Below, one piece after another: positions 26,866 to 36,265 of a stretch of DNA of 64,000 bases. Position 1 is the first letter of the stretch. The number at the start of each line of letters is the position of its first letter. The position numbers and the translations under genes were made by a program. The notes beneath the pieces were generated by a model. It was given only the letters and a program-made list of their open reading frames with translations. It made no database searches and was not told the origin of the DNA. Source of the stretch: Thermoplasmata archaeon (GTDB lineage: Archaea; Thermoplasmatota; Thermoplasmata; Lutacidiplasmatales; UBA184); assembly GCA_035504395.1 (NCBI GenBank), contig DATJRX010000050.1, positions 11,926 through 75,925 on the forward strand, in the 5' to 3' direction.

Positions 26866-27452
26866 GCGCGCTGGACCTGGTCCGCCGGGAAGCGGTCGCC
26901 CGGGCGTCGCCAGGTCTGTCCCGCCGCCCGCAGCGCGACGATCGCCGCCCGGCGCCCCTCGACGTCGAGCTCGGAGCCGACCTCGAGGACCGTACCGTGG
27001 GGGAGCCGCACGACGGCGGACCGCGTTCTCGACCCCTCGACCAGCGAGACCCGGACGATCGCCCCGTCATCCCGGACCGCCCAGATCGTACGGACCTCGG
27101 CGGCGGGGGTCTGCGCCGCGTCGGGTCGACCGGGCGCGTCCAGCCGGCGGATCGTCATCGGCGCGTCGAGCCCGGGGACGGTCCCGCCCACCTGGAGCTG
27201 AGCGTTCGCCGCGAGACGGATCCGTCGGCGGGAGGTCTCGGCCCCGCTGGAGACGATGAGGTCCCGCTCGACCTCGTCCGGCACCGGCGCGACGAACGGG
27301 TGCGTGAATCGGCAGACCTGGCACCGCGCGACCCCCCGGAGCGACGCGCCGGGCCGGTCCGCGCCGCGATCGAGCCGCAGGATCCGGTGGGGCGTGGTGC
27401 GGCCGCAGTTGTCGCACGCGAGCGACGCCGCGCCGATCGGAGGGGTCGACAT
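26667..27452 (-). CDS. Zinc-ribbon protein, conserved-archaeal-looking hypothetical
   Basis: The N-terminal CDNCG...CQVC forms a four-Cys ribbon, followed by a beta-rich domain. The last ~61 aa (R/S-rich) are entirely antisense to the 3' end of the Rqc2 gene. Confidence 0.6.
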   Translation of the reverse strand: MSTPPIGAASLACDNCGRTTPHRILRLDRGADRPGASLRGVARCQVCRFTHPFVAPVPDEVERDLIVSSGAETSRRRIRLAANAQLQVGGTVPGLDAPMTIRRLDAPGRPDAAQTPAAEVRTIWAVRDDGAIVRVSLVEGSRTRSAVVRLPHGTVLEVGSELDVEGRRAAIVALRAAGQTWRRPGDRFPADQVQRAYTRRTAMPPAGRRDGSRSRGRPTSVARATSIAARSRSSPGTRVARRVPRARSADGGADDQSASPS

Positions 27453-27461
27453 GCGGTCTCC

Positions 27462-28337
27462 TCAGGCGCGGTGCGGCCAGTCGGGGCTCGTCACCGAGCG
27501 GGCCACGTCGTCCGCGGTCTCCCCGAGCCCGTCGTTCAGGAACCGGTCGCTCCGCCCCGACGCCGCGAACGCGACGTAGCCGACGGTGCCGAGCGCGAGC
27601 CCCGCCGCGTAGCGGGCCCCCGTCCGTCGGGTCATGGCGAGGTACCGGGCGAACTCCCGGTATGAGTAGCCGAGCACACCGAACTTCTTCGCGGCCCGGA
27701 TCGTCACATGGCTGCGGCGCCACGGCGGGGACCTCGAGCCGTGCGTCGGCGCCCGCGGCTTGAGGTCGTCCGCGATGCGGGGAACGACGAACCGGAAGAA
27801 CGGCACCCGGGCCCGGTACGCCCGAAGCACGAGCCCGAGCTCCTCCGCGACCTGGACGTTCGGATAGCCCCCGAGCCGCTCGAGCGTCGCGCGTCGCCAC
27901 CCGAAGAAGCGGGTCGAGGAAGGGTTCGGATCTTCGGTCCCGACCGCGTTCAGGATCGACTCGGACGACGCCGCGCGCACGGCGGCGGCCGCGGACCGGA
28001 GCACGCCGGGAAGGTAGCGGTTGTCGGCGTCGATCTGGGTCAGCACGATGGGGGCCCGGGTGAGCGCGATCGCCCGGTTCCGGCCCTCGCCCCGATTGCA
28101 CGGCTCCGACACGACGCGAACGCGGGGATCGGCGCCGCAGACGCGCGCGATCTCGGACCGGGTCGCGTCGGTCGACACGGCGTCCACGATCGCGAGCTCA
28201 CCGCCCGCGTCGAGCTCGGGAACGATCGAGGCGAGGGTCGACGCGATCGAGCCCGCGTTGTTCCGGACCGTCATCGTGAGCGCGAACCAGGGCGCCGCCT
28301 CTGCCGACGGGGGCGACGGTGCCGGCGGGAGGATCAT
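27462..28337 (-). CDS. Glycosyltransferase family 2
   Basis: Trimmed from the 963-aa composite ORF to MILPPAPSPP. FALTMTVRNNAGSIASTL, IVDAVSTDATR and QIDADN are GT2 (GT-A, DxD) features. There is an ATGA overlap with the upstream epimerase stop. Confidence 0.75.
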   Translation of the reverse strand: MILPPAPSPPSAEAAPWFALTMTVRNNAGSIASTLASIVPELDAGGELAIVDAVSTDATRSEIARVCGADPRVRVVSEPCNRGEGRNRAIALTRAPIVLTQIDADNRYLPGVLRSAAAAVRAASSESILNAVGTEDPNPSSTRFFGWRRATLERLGGYPNVQVAEELGLVLRAYRARVPFFRFVVPRIADDLKPRAPTHGSRSPPWRRSHVTIRAAKKFGVLGYSYREFARYLAMTRRTGARYAAGLALGTVGYVAFAASGRSDRFLNDGLGETADDVARSVTSPDWPHRA

Positions 28338-29311
28338 CGACCGGTCCCGCCGGGCGGGTCCACGGCGTCGAGCTCGGGCACGATGTCGTCCCTGAGGTGG
28401 TGGCGGCACCGCAGCCCCAGCGCGGCTTCGGTCGCGGCGCGGCTGACCGAGAACTCGGGGTCGATCAGCTCGACCCCGCCCCTCGGGTTCGCGACGGTCT
28501 CGAGGCGGAGCGGGGGCCGCCCTGGCCGGGTCCTCGCCCACGCGCTCGCGACCTCCTCCGCCAGCTCGGCGACCGACATCGACTCGCCGCTCGCGACGTT
28601 GAAGACCGACACCGGGCCCCGGGGCTCGCCCGCGAGCCGGTCGGCGGCCGTGGACCAGTGCTCGGTGACGTCGTCGAGGTGAACGAAGTCGCGGCGCTGG
28701 GTCCCCGGCGCGTTGATGCGCAGTCGACCCTCCTTCGCGGCCTGTTCGGCGAACAGGTGCAGGACGTTCCCCTTGGCGATCCGCCGCCCGTCCGCGTCGT
28801 ACCCTCCGTAGACGTTGCTCATGCGGAGCACCGCCCCGGCGACCCCTCGTCCGGACGCGATCGACCGGAGGGCGTTCTCGCCGGTCGCCTTCTGGCGCGC
28901 GTACTCGTGGGTCGGCCGCGGCGGGGTCGTCTCGGTGACCGGGAGCGATGCGGGGGACCCGACGACCGAGAAGCTGCTCGCGAACGCCATCGGGACGCCG
29001 CGCTCGGCCAGGTAGCGGACGAGGCGGGTCGTCCCCTCCACGTTCACGCGCTCGGATCCCACGGGGTCGTTCGCGCACGCCATCACGCCCGAGATCGCGG
29101 CGAGATGCAGGACCACGTCGCAGCCGCCGAGCGCCCGGAGGGCCTCGGGCGAGGCGAAGTCGAGGCGATCGGCCGGCAGCGACGGGTGCTCGACCCGGAT
29201 CGGGCCCGAGCGGTCGTCGATCAGAACGAGTCCGTGGCCCTGGGCGGCGAGCCGCGGGGCGAGCGCGCCCCCGATGAAGCCGGTCGCGCCGGTGATCCCG
29301 ATCTGGGCCAT
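28334..29311 (-). CDS. NAD-dependent epimerase/dehydratase (UDP-sugar 4-epimerase-like extended SDR)
   Basis: ITGATGFIGGAL Rossmann motif and the YARQK catalytic YxxxK. Confidence 0.9.
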   Translation of the reverse strand: MAQIGITGATGFIGGALAPRLAAQGHGLVLIDDRSGPIRVEHPSLPADRLDFASPEALRALGGCDVVLHLAAISGVMACANDPVGSERVNVEGTTRLVRYLAERGVPMAFASSFSVVGSPASLPVTETTPPRPTHEYARQKATGENALRSIASGRGVAGAVLRMSNVYGGYDADGRRIAKGNVLHLFAEQAAKEGRLRINAPGTQRRDFVHLDDVTEHWSTAADRLAGEPRGPVSVFNVASGESMSVAELAEEVASAWARTRPGRPPLRLETVANPRGGVELIDPEFSVSRAATEAALGLRCRHHLRDDIVPELDAVDPPGGTGR

Positions 29312-29368
29312 GGCGCGCCGTGCGAGCCGAGGTCGCGTAAAACCGTTGTCGGGACGCGGGGTCCGGGG

Positions 29369-30274
29369 TCAGTGGAACCGGTTGAACCGGAACAAGGCAT
29401 ATCGCGCCAGGGCGGGGGAGAGCGAGGAGAGCCGCGCGAGCTGCCGCACGCCCCGGTCCACGTCGGGCGTCCGGAGGAGGGTCCGTGCCGCCGCGCGGGC
29501 GTCCGAGTCGTTCTCGAGCGCGGCGAGGAAGGTGAACTCCGCCAGCCTCCGCCGGCGGCGCGCGACGATCGGGGACGTTTCGGGCAGCCCGTGGTCGCGG
29601 GCGTACCGCAGCATCACCCCCTCCGCCCGGACCCAGCGCGGGTAGAGGCGGGCATGCGCGGTCCGGAACTCCTGGGCGGTCGTACGGTGCGAGCGCGACA
29701 CGTTCGCGGCGTGGTACCGCCAGAGGGTCAGGGACCGTGCCAGCACCTCGACCCCATTCGGACGGTCGACGTCCGCGACCAGCGACCAGGTCTCGTCGGC
29801 CTCCCAGCCGGCGGCCCGGAGGACGTCGGTCCGCTCGACGGCCCAGCTGCGCCGAACCGCGAGGTTCGACGAGAGGGTCCACCGGCCGTCGGCCGGCGTG
29901 CCCGGGCCGAGCGGCCGGCCGGCTTCGTCGATCCGATCGTACGCATGGTTCAGCAGGATCAGGTCCGGCCGAGCGGCGAACCGGTCGCGGAGCACCCCGA
30001 CCTTGTCCGGCTTCCAGAGGTCGTCGTCGTCGAGGAAGGCGACCACCTCCCCGGTCGCGGCGTCGACGCCGTCCGCCTGCTTGCCGGCGAGCGTCGGGTC
30101 GGTGCTCCGCAGGTCGCGGTAGCGTCCCTCCCAGCCCTCGATCACCCCTCCATACGGGCGCACGACCACGATCTCGTCGGCCCCGCTCGCCCCGGCGGAC
30201 GCGACCGCCTCTCGGAGCATGCCCGCCCGCCCGGGGTCGTGCGCGACCACGACCGCGCTGACCGAGACCGGCAC
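29369..30274 (-). CDS. Glycosyltransferase family 2
   Basis: VSAVVVAHDPGRAGMLREAV and VAFLDDDDLWKPDKV (DxD region) are typical of GT2. Confidence 0.8.
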   Translation of the reverse strand: MPVSVSAVVVAHDPGRAGMLREAVASAGASGADEIVVVRPYGGVIEGWEGRYRDLRSTDPTLAGKQADGVDAATGEVVAFLDDDDLWKPDKVGVLRDRFAARPDLILLNHAYDRIDEAGRPLGPGTPADGRWTLSSNLAVRRSWAVERTDVLRAAGWEADETWSLVADVDRPNGVEVLARSLTLWRYHAANVSRSHRTTAQEFRTAHARLYPRWVRAEGVMLRYARDHGLPETSPIVARRRRRLAEFTFLAALENDSDARAAARTLLRTPDVDRGVRQLARLSSLSPALARYALFRFNRFH

Positions 30275-30432
30275 GACGCTCCCCTCCTACGGACCGCGGC
30301 GCGGACGGTCGCATGGGGCTGCCCGAATTTGAATCGGGGTCCCGGGCTCCCAAAGCCCGAAGGATGGACCAGTAGAGCGGACCGAGGATCGTGCCTCGCG
30401 TCCGTAGCTACCCCACAGCCCCGCCACGGGTC

Positions 30433-30861
30433 CTAGACCGCGTCCACTCGTTTGAGCGTTCGGCCGATGCGGCACTCCGCCGGCGCTGGGTCGACCCGCT
30501 CGATGCGGTACCGCTGCTTCGGCGGGAGGCTCGGGCCCGCGCAGATCCACCAGTTCGGGCAATCGAGCCGGCGGCACGGGTAGCGTCCGGTCTCGACCGA
30601 GCTCCCGACGACCGCACTGCCGGCCTCGACCACGAGGGGTCGGGCGACGGGTCGGACCTCGACGACATGGGCGTCCGACTCCTGGAGCGCGCACGGGTGG
30701 GTCACCGGGCGGACCCGCTCGACGGCGTAGCGCCGTCCGACGTCGAGCGTAAGGCACGCGTGGCGGTACGGGCACGTCCGGCAGACCGGGGCGCCGCCCT
30801 CGTACGTGAATTCGAACCCCTCGCGCGCCTGGCCGACCGCGATCAGGGTGATCTCGGCCAT
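30433..30861 (-). CDS. UPF0179-family Cys-rich archaeal protein
   Basis: MAEITLIAVGQAREGFEFTYEGGAPVCRTCPYRHACLTLDVGRRYAVERVRPVTHPC matches my memory of the UPF0179 N-terminus. Its ATG directly follows the egsA TAG (TAGATG). Confidence 0.75.
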   Translation of the reverse strand: MAEITLIAVGQAREGFEFTYEGGAPVCRTCPYRHACLTLDVGRRYAVERVRPVTHPCALQESDAHVVEVRPVARPLVVEAGSAVVGSSVETGRYPCRRLDCPNWWICAGPSLPPKQRYRIERVDPAPAECRIGRTLKRVDAV

Positions 30862-31971
30862 CTACCCGATCACCCCCGTCCGGGTCGCGAGCCGCTCGGC
30901 AGCCTCGCGCGTGAGGCCGTTGTCGCCGAGGATGGTGTAGCGCTCGGGCCGCAGCGTGTGCGCGAGGACGAGCGCGTGGACGACCTCCTCGCTGGTCACG
31001 CCGAGCTCGCGCGCCGTGATCGGAGCCCCGATCGTCCGGAGCGACGACTGGATCCGCTGCCAGTCGCCGCCGTGAAGGTACATCATCATGATCGCCCCGA
31101 CCCCGCACTGCTCCCCGTGCAGCGCGGGGTGCTGGGCGACCCGATCGAGCGCGTGGCTGAACAGGTGCTCGCTGCCGGAGCAGGGGCGCGACGAACCCGC
31201 CACGCTCATCGCGATCCCGGCGACGATCATCGGTCGGATCGCGATCCAGGCGGACTCCTCGAGTCCGGGCTTGATCGAGGCGGCGTGGTCGATGATCTCG
31301 CGGGCCGCGTACTCGCTCAGCGTCGCGGCCGTGCTCGAGAACTCCTCGTTCTTCAGGCGCACGGCGAGGTGCCAGTCGAGGACCGCGGTCACGTTCGAGA
31401 TGACGTCCGCGCACCCCGAGGCAAGGAGGCGGAACGGCGCCTGCACGATCACCTCGGTGTCCGCGATGATCCCGATCGGGACGGCGGCGTCGATGCTGGT
31501 GGTCCGCTCCGTCCCGTGCAACGACGCCCGCGGCGACGAGATTCCGTCGTGCGCCGCCGAGGTCGGTACGCTCACGAACGGGATCCGCAGGCGGTGGGCG
31601 ACGACCTTCGTGATGTCGATCTTGCTCCCGCCGCCGGCGGCGATCAGGAACCGGGCGTTCTGGGCCCGCACGATCGCCGCGATGCGCTCGACCTCGGCCT
31701 CGGTCGACTCCCCCGCGATCACGGCCTCCGCGACGAACCCGTCGCGCCGGAGGATCTCGACCGCCCGGTTCCCCGCGAGGAGCGCGGTCTTCGGTCCGGT
31801 CACGACGGCCCCGGTCTCGGCGAAGTCGAACTGGTGGCAGGCGTTCCCCAGCTCCTGGAGGACCCCGTGTCCCGCCAGCACGACCCGCGGGAACACCATC
31901 CCGCGGATCTTCCCGAAGGGGGAGTCCGAGCTCGGGACCGTCGGCCGCGACGCCGTGTCGTTCGCCCCCAT
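30862..31971 (-). CDS. egsA: sn-glycerol-1-phosphate dehydrogenase
   Basis: AAGGGSKIDITKVVAHRLRIPFVSVPTSAAHDGISSPRAS, FRLLASGCADVISN, SGSEHLFSHALD and PALHGEQCGVG closely follow archaeal EgsA. The ATG at 31899 is an alternative start. Confidence 0.95.
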   Translation of the reverse strand: MGANDTASRPTVPSSDSPFGKIRGMVFPRVVLAGHGVLQELGNACHQFDFAETGAVVTGPKTALLAGNRAVEILRRDGFVAEAVIAGESTEAEVERIAAIVRAQNARFLIAAGGGSKIDITKVVAHRLRIPFVSVPTSAAHDGISSPRASLHGTERTTSIDAAVPIGIIADTEVIVQAPFRLLASGCADVISNVTAVLDWHLAVRLKNEEFSSTAATLSEYAAREIIDHAASIKPGLEESAWIAIRPMIVAGIAMSVAGSSRPCSGSEHLFSHALDRVAQHPALHGEQCGVGAIMMMYLHGGDWQRIQSSLRTIGAPITARELGVTSEEVVHALVLAHTLRPERYTILGDNGLTREAAERLATRTGVIG

Positions 31972-32033
31972 GGCCTGAGGGGTCGCACGGGGGCCGAACC
32001 CTCAAAAGCCTATCTCGGACGGGTCGCGCCCGC

Positions 32034-32663
32034 CTATCGGCCCGGCACGTCGCCCCAGAGGACCTTGTGCTCCTGCAGCATCACGCGCACGTCGAGCCGG
32101 TCCCGGAGGACCCAGTCCGCGAGCCGGCCGGGATCGCTCCCCCAGACCGGCTGGAAGACGACGGCGGCGCGGCACGGTCGCTCGCGGAGCACACGTCGGG
32201 CGTAGAGGTAGTCGCGGCGGTCCGCGATCACGAACTTGAGCACGTCGGTCGGGCGCAGGAGGGCGAGGTTGGCCCACCGGTTGCGCGCCTCCATCCGCGA
32301 GGACGGACACTTCACGTCCACGCTCAGGATCACGCGGGGGACGCCGAGGTAGGGGCGGACGTCGAGCGATCCGCCGGTCTCGATCACGGTCGTCAGCTCG
32401 CGCGCCGAGAGCGCGCGCACGAGATCGACCGAATCCGACTGCAGGAGCGGTTCGCCCCCGGTCAGGCAGACGTGGCGCGTGCGATGCCGCGCGACCTCCC
32501 CGAGGAGTGAGGGGATCGAGCGCTCGCGGCCCGGACCGAACGAGTAGGTCGTGTCGCACCACGCGCACCGAAGGTTGCAGCGGGCGGTCCGGATGAACGA
32601 CGTGCGCACGCCCGTGAGCGGCCCCTCGCCCTGCACCGAGTGGAACACCTCGATGATCCGCAT
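32034..32663 (-). CDS. queE: 7-carboxy-7-deazaguanine synthase (radical SAM, archaeosine/queuosine precursor pathway)
   Basis: Trimmed to MRIIEVFHSVQGEGPLTGVRTSFIRTARCNLRCAWCDT, which has the QueE N-terminus and CxxxCxxC cluster. Confidence 0.85.
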   Translation of the reverse strand: MRIIEVFHSVQGEGPLTGVRTSFIRTARCNLRCAWCDTTYSFGPGRERSIPSLLGEVARHRTRHVCLTGGEPLLQSDSVDLVRALSARELTTVIETGGSLDVRPYLGVPRVILSVDVKCPSSRMEARNRWANLALLRPTDVLKFVIADRRDYLYARRVLRERPCRAAVVFQPVWGSDPGRLADWVLRDRLDVRVMLQEHKVLWGDVPGR

Positions 32664-32782
32664 CGCCCGAGGACCGTCGCGAGGTACTATAGGGGCTTCT
32701 CCCGCCGGGTCGCCCGTCGGATCGGAGTCGCGCGGACCTCCAGCGCAATCGTTCAATAACCGACCCCCCTCGAAGACGGCCC

Positions 32783-35680
32783 ATGGACCCGGCGCGGGCG
32801 AAGCAGTGGCAGGCCGCGTGGGCGGCGGCCGGGCTCGCCGAGGGGAAGCGCGATCCGACGCGCGCGAAGTTCTTCGCGCTCAACGCCTACCCCGGGACGA
32901 GCGGGCTCCTCCACGTCGGCCACCTCCGCGGCTACGCGTACCTGGACGCGCTCCACCGCTACCACCGCGCCCGCGGGCACGCGGTCCTGTTCCCCTTCGG
33001 GGTGCACGCCTCGGGGTTGCCGGCGGTGAGCTGGGCGCAGAAGATCCGCGATCGCGACCCGGTGACGGTCGCCCAGCTGGACGAGGCGCACGTTCCCGAG
33101 GCGGATCGCGCGAGCCTCGAGGACCCGGAGAACGCGGCCCGGTTCCTCGGCCGCACCTACTGTGACGCGCTCCGGTCGATGGGGGCGCTCTTCGACGAGA
33201 GCACGTACCTCACGACGATCGACGACGACTACCGTGCGTTCATCGGCTGGCAGATGCGCACGCTCCGGTCCCTCGGGGCGTTCGGGCAGGGCGACTACTT
33301 CGCGTCCGTCTGCCCGGTCTGCGGGCCGGTCGCGGTGGACGCGTCGGAGACCGACCTCGACTCCGGGGGGGACGCCGAGATCGTCCGGTTCGTGCTCGTC
33401 CCGTTCCGGCTCGGCGACGGCCGGGTCCTCCTCGCCGCCACCCTCCGCCCCGAGACGGTCTTCGGGGTGACGAACCTCTGGCTCGCGCCCGGCGGCGAGC
33501 TCGTGGTGTGGCATCACGGCGCCGAGGAGTACCTGGTCGCGCGGCCCGGCGCCGAGCGGCTCGTCGAGCAGCACGGCGGTCGCATCGGCCACGCCGTGGC
33601 CGCGTCCGATCTGATCGGCCGCGAGGTCCGCGTGCCCCTCGTCGGGCGGACGGTGCCGATCCTCGCGAGCGCGCTCGTCGACCCGGCGATTGGCACAGGC
33701 GTCGTGATGAGCGTACCCGCCCACGCCCCGGCAGACGCCGCCGCCCTCGCCGAACTGGCCCCGGCCGATCGGGCCCGGATCGGGGAGATCCCGGTCCTGA
33801 TCGCGACGGACGGTCCGGCCGCGATGACCGCGTCCGAGCAGGCCCTGACGGGCGGATCCGGCACGCCGGCCGATCGCGCGCTCCGGGCCACCGGGGCGAC
33901 CGGACTGGCCGATCGGCGGCCCGTGGACGAGGCGACCGACCGTCTCTACCGGCTCGAGTTCGTCCGGGGCCGCATGGTCGTCCCGCCGTTCGCCGGCCTC
34001 CCGGTGCGGGAGGCGCGCGACCGGGTCGCGGAGCGGCTCGCCCAGGAGGGCGGCTCCTTCGTGCTGCAGGAGTTCTCGAAGCCGGTCATCTGCCGGAACA
34101 AGCACACGGTCGTGATCCGACGGGTGCCCGACCAGTGGTTCCTGCGCTACGGCGATCCCGCGTGGAAGGCGGTCACCCGCGAACGGCTCGCCCGCCTCAC
34201 GACCTCGCCCGCCGAGTACGCGGCCGAGCTCCACGGCATCCTGGATTGGTTCGACGATCGGCCGTGCGCGCGCAAGGGCCGATGGCTCGGGACCCCGCTG
34301 CCGTTCGACCCGAGCTGGATCGTCGAGCCGATCGCCGACTCGACGATCTACATGGCCTACTTCGTGGTGCGTCGGTTCGTCGCGCGCGGCCGCGTCCGGA
34401 CCGAGCAGCTGACGGACGCGTTCTTCGATCGGGTCCTGCTGGGTCGGGGCGACGGCGAACCGTCCATCCCTCCCGCCCTCCAGGACGAGATTCGGGCCGA
34501 GTTCCTCTACTGGTACCCGCTGGACCTCAACATCGGGGGGAAGGAGCACAAGAACGTCCACTTCCCCGTGTTCCTGTACACCCACGCCAAGATCTTCCCC
34601 GAGGATCTCGCGCCCCGCGGGATCTTCGTGAACGGGTGGATCACGGGGGCGTCGGGCCTGAAGCTGTCGAAGAAGGAGATCGGGACCAAGGGCGGGATCC
34701 CTCCGCTCGAGGCCGCGCTCGAGCGCTGGGGCGCGGACGCCCTCCGCTTGTACTATGTCGCGACCGCGGCCCCCATCTCTGATGTGCAGTGGGACCCGGA
34801 CGCCGTCGACGCGAGTGCCGGCCGGCTGCCCGACATCGAGCGGCTCGTGCGCCAGAGCCGAGGGGAAGGCGCGGGGCACCCCGAGCTCGCCGCCTGGCTC
34901 GGCTCCCAGGCCCATCGGTCGATCGCGCGGGCGCGGGACGCGATGGACCGGGCGGACGTCCGGGCGTTCGCGGAGGAGGTCTACGTGAACTTCCCCGCGC
35001 TCCTGCGACGCTACTACGCCCGGGGCGGCGTCCCGGACGCGACGACCGACCGGATGGGTCGCGCCTGGATCCGTCTGCTCGCGATCGTCACGCCCCACCT
35101 CGCCGAGGAGCTCGGGGAAGGGCGTCTCCCCGGCCTCGCTGCCGCCGAACCGTTCCCGGATCCCGGGGAGTTCGCCCTGGCGTCCGAGGCCGAGGCCCGG
35201 GAGCGGTACCTCGACCGCGTCGAAGAGGACCTCCGCGCCGTGCGGCGGCCCGCGCTCGAGCGCGGCGAGGCGGCGCCCGATGAACTCGTGTTCTTCGTGG
35301 CCGCCCCTTGGAAGGCCGAGGTCGAGGGCTGGATGCGGGAGGCCGTGGACCGGGAGGGAATCCCGACGATCCGCTCGATCATGGACCGCGCCCGGGTCCA
35401 CGCCGAGGTCCGCGCTCACCTCGCGGAGATCCCCAAGTACGTCGAGCGAGTGGGACCGCTATTGCGGTCCGAGCCCCCGCCCTCGGGTCCCGCGGTCGAC
35501 GAACCGGCGACCCTCCGGGCCGCCGAGGGGTACCTCGCCCGACGGCTCGGGATCGGGTCGGTCCTCGTGGTACCGGAGTCGGAGGGGGCGCCGCACGACC
35601 CGATGGGACGACGCGACCGGGCCCGCCCCGGACGACCGGCGTTCTTCCTCGTCGGGCCCGGGACGGCGTCGCCCCGCTAG
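32783..35680 (+). CDS. leuS: Leucine--tRNA ligase, archaeal type
   Basis: LHVGHLRGY (HIGH), KLSKKEIGTKGG (KMSKS region), and 965 aa with a CP1 editing-domain-sized insert. Confidence 0.95.
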   Translation: MDPARAKQWQAAWAAAGLAEGKRDPTRAKFFALNAYPGTSGLLHVGHLRGYAYLDALHRYHRARGHAVLFPFGVHASGLPAVSWAQKIRDRDPVTVAQLDEAHVPEADRASLEDPENAARFLGRTYCDALRSMGALFDESTYLTTIDDDYRAFIGWQMRTLRSLGAFGQGDYFASVCPVCGPVAVDASETDLDSGGDAEIVRFVLVPFRLGDGRVLLAATLRPETVFGVTNLWLAPGGELVVWHHGAEEYLVARPGAERLVEQHGGRIGHAVAASDLIGREVRVPLVGRTVPILASALVDPAIGTGVVMSVPAHAPADAAALAELAPADRARIGEIPVLIATDGPAAMTASEQALTGGSGTPADRALRATGATGLADRRPVDEATDRLYRLEFVRGRMVVPPFAGLPVREARDRVAERLAQEGGSFVLQEFSKPVICRNKHTVVIRRVPDQWFLRYGDPAWKAVTRERLARLTTSPAEYAAELHGILDWFDDRPCARKGRWLGTPLPFDPSWIVEPIADSTIYMAYFVVRRFVARGRVRTEQLTDAFFDRVLLGRGDGEPSIPPALQDEIRAEFLYWYPLDLNIGGKEHKNVHFPVFLYTHAKIFPEDLAPRGIFVNGWITGASGLKLSKKEIGTKGGIPPLEAALERWGADALRLYYVATAAPISDVQWDPDAVDASAGRLPDIERLVRQSRGEGAGHPELAAWLGSQAHRSIARARDAMDRADVRAFAEEVYVNFPALLRRYYARGGVPDATTDRMGRAWIRLLAIVTPHLAEELGEGRLPGLAAAEPFPDPGEFALASEAEARERYLDRVEEDLRAVRRPALERGEAAPDELVFFVAAPWKAEVEGWMREAVDREGIPTIRSIMDRARVHAEVRAHLAEIPKYVERVGPLLRSEPPPSGPAVDEPATLRAAEGYLARRLGIGSVLVVPESEGAPHDPMGRRDRARPGRPAFFLVGPGTASPR

Positions 35681-36237
35681 CGCGGCTTGCGGCGCGCGCG
35701 CTTCGGGAAGTTGAGATACATGCGCGACGGCGTCGGGTGCCGCGAGACCGCCCGGTACTTGGCCGACGTCTTCGCGGAGTAGCTCCGCTCGACCTTGCCG
35801 GAGATCTCGAAGTAGATCAGCTGCCCGACCGGCATCCCGGCATAGACCCGGACCGGGAGCTTGACGCTCATCTCGAGCGTCCAGTAGTTGCAGAATCCCT
35901 CGTCCCCCTTCCCCGCCGTCGAGTGGATGTCGATCCCGAGGCGCCCGACGCTCGACTTCCCCTCCAAGAACGGCACGAAGCCGTGGGTCTCCGTGTACTC
36001 CTCGGTCACTCCCAGGTAGAGCTGGCCAGGAACGAGCACCACGCCGTCCGGCGGGATGCGGAACTCCTCCACGCGGTTGTCGGACCGCGCGTCGAGCGCC
36101 CCGTCGACGTAGACCGCGAGGTAGGGCCCCAGGTGGACGTCGTACGAGTTGGTCCCGAGGCAGGCGCGGCGGAACGGACGGACGACGATGTGGCCGCGGC
36201 GCATCTCCTCGAGGATCTTGCGGTCGGAGAGGATCAT
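35677..36237 (-). CDS. dcd: dCTP deaminase
   Basis: Trimmed to MILSDRKILEEMRRGHIVVRPF. GKSSVGRLGIDIH and YWTLEM resemble the Dcd/Dut fold signatures. Confidence 0.9.
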   Translation of the reverse strand: MILSDRKILEEMRRGHIVVRPFRRACLGTNSYDVHLGPYLAVYVDGALDARSDNRVEEFRIPPDGVVLVPGQLYLGVTEEYTETHGFVPFLEGKSSVGRLGIDIHSTAGKGDEGFCNYWTLEMSVKLPVRVYAGMPVGQLIYFEISGKVERSYSAKTSAKYRAVSRHPTPSRMYLNFPKRARRKPR

Positions 36238-36265
36238 GCGCGACGGGCGCGCCGAGCCGGCCGCG

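Noticed and set aside
27462-30353. 963-aa ORF read as a single giant protein (likewise 18192-20534, 52118-54094, 39983-41302 and 51714-52955)
   Set aside because: These are composite frames. Only the C-terminal part is a recognisable protein (GT2, IDH-like, PLP enzyme, ScpB, cupin). The upstream part overlaps other well-supported genes in a different frame. I trimmed each to the internal ATG that matches the family N-terminus.
32753-35419. 888-aa minus-strand ORF opposite leuS; similar long antisense ORFs at 37821-39872, 23093-24925, 24922-26622, 14253-16496 and 30391-32205
   Set aside because: Each lies opposite a gene with unmistakable family motifs (LeuRS, sedolisin, ACAD/Hel308, Rqc2, GT-C, EgsA/QueE). 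Each has the R/E/G/P/D-rich composition expected of antisense read-through.
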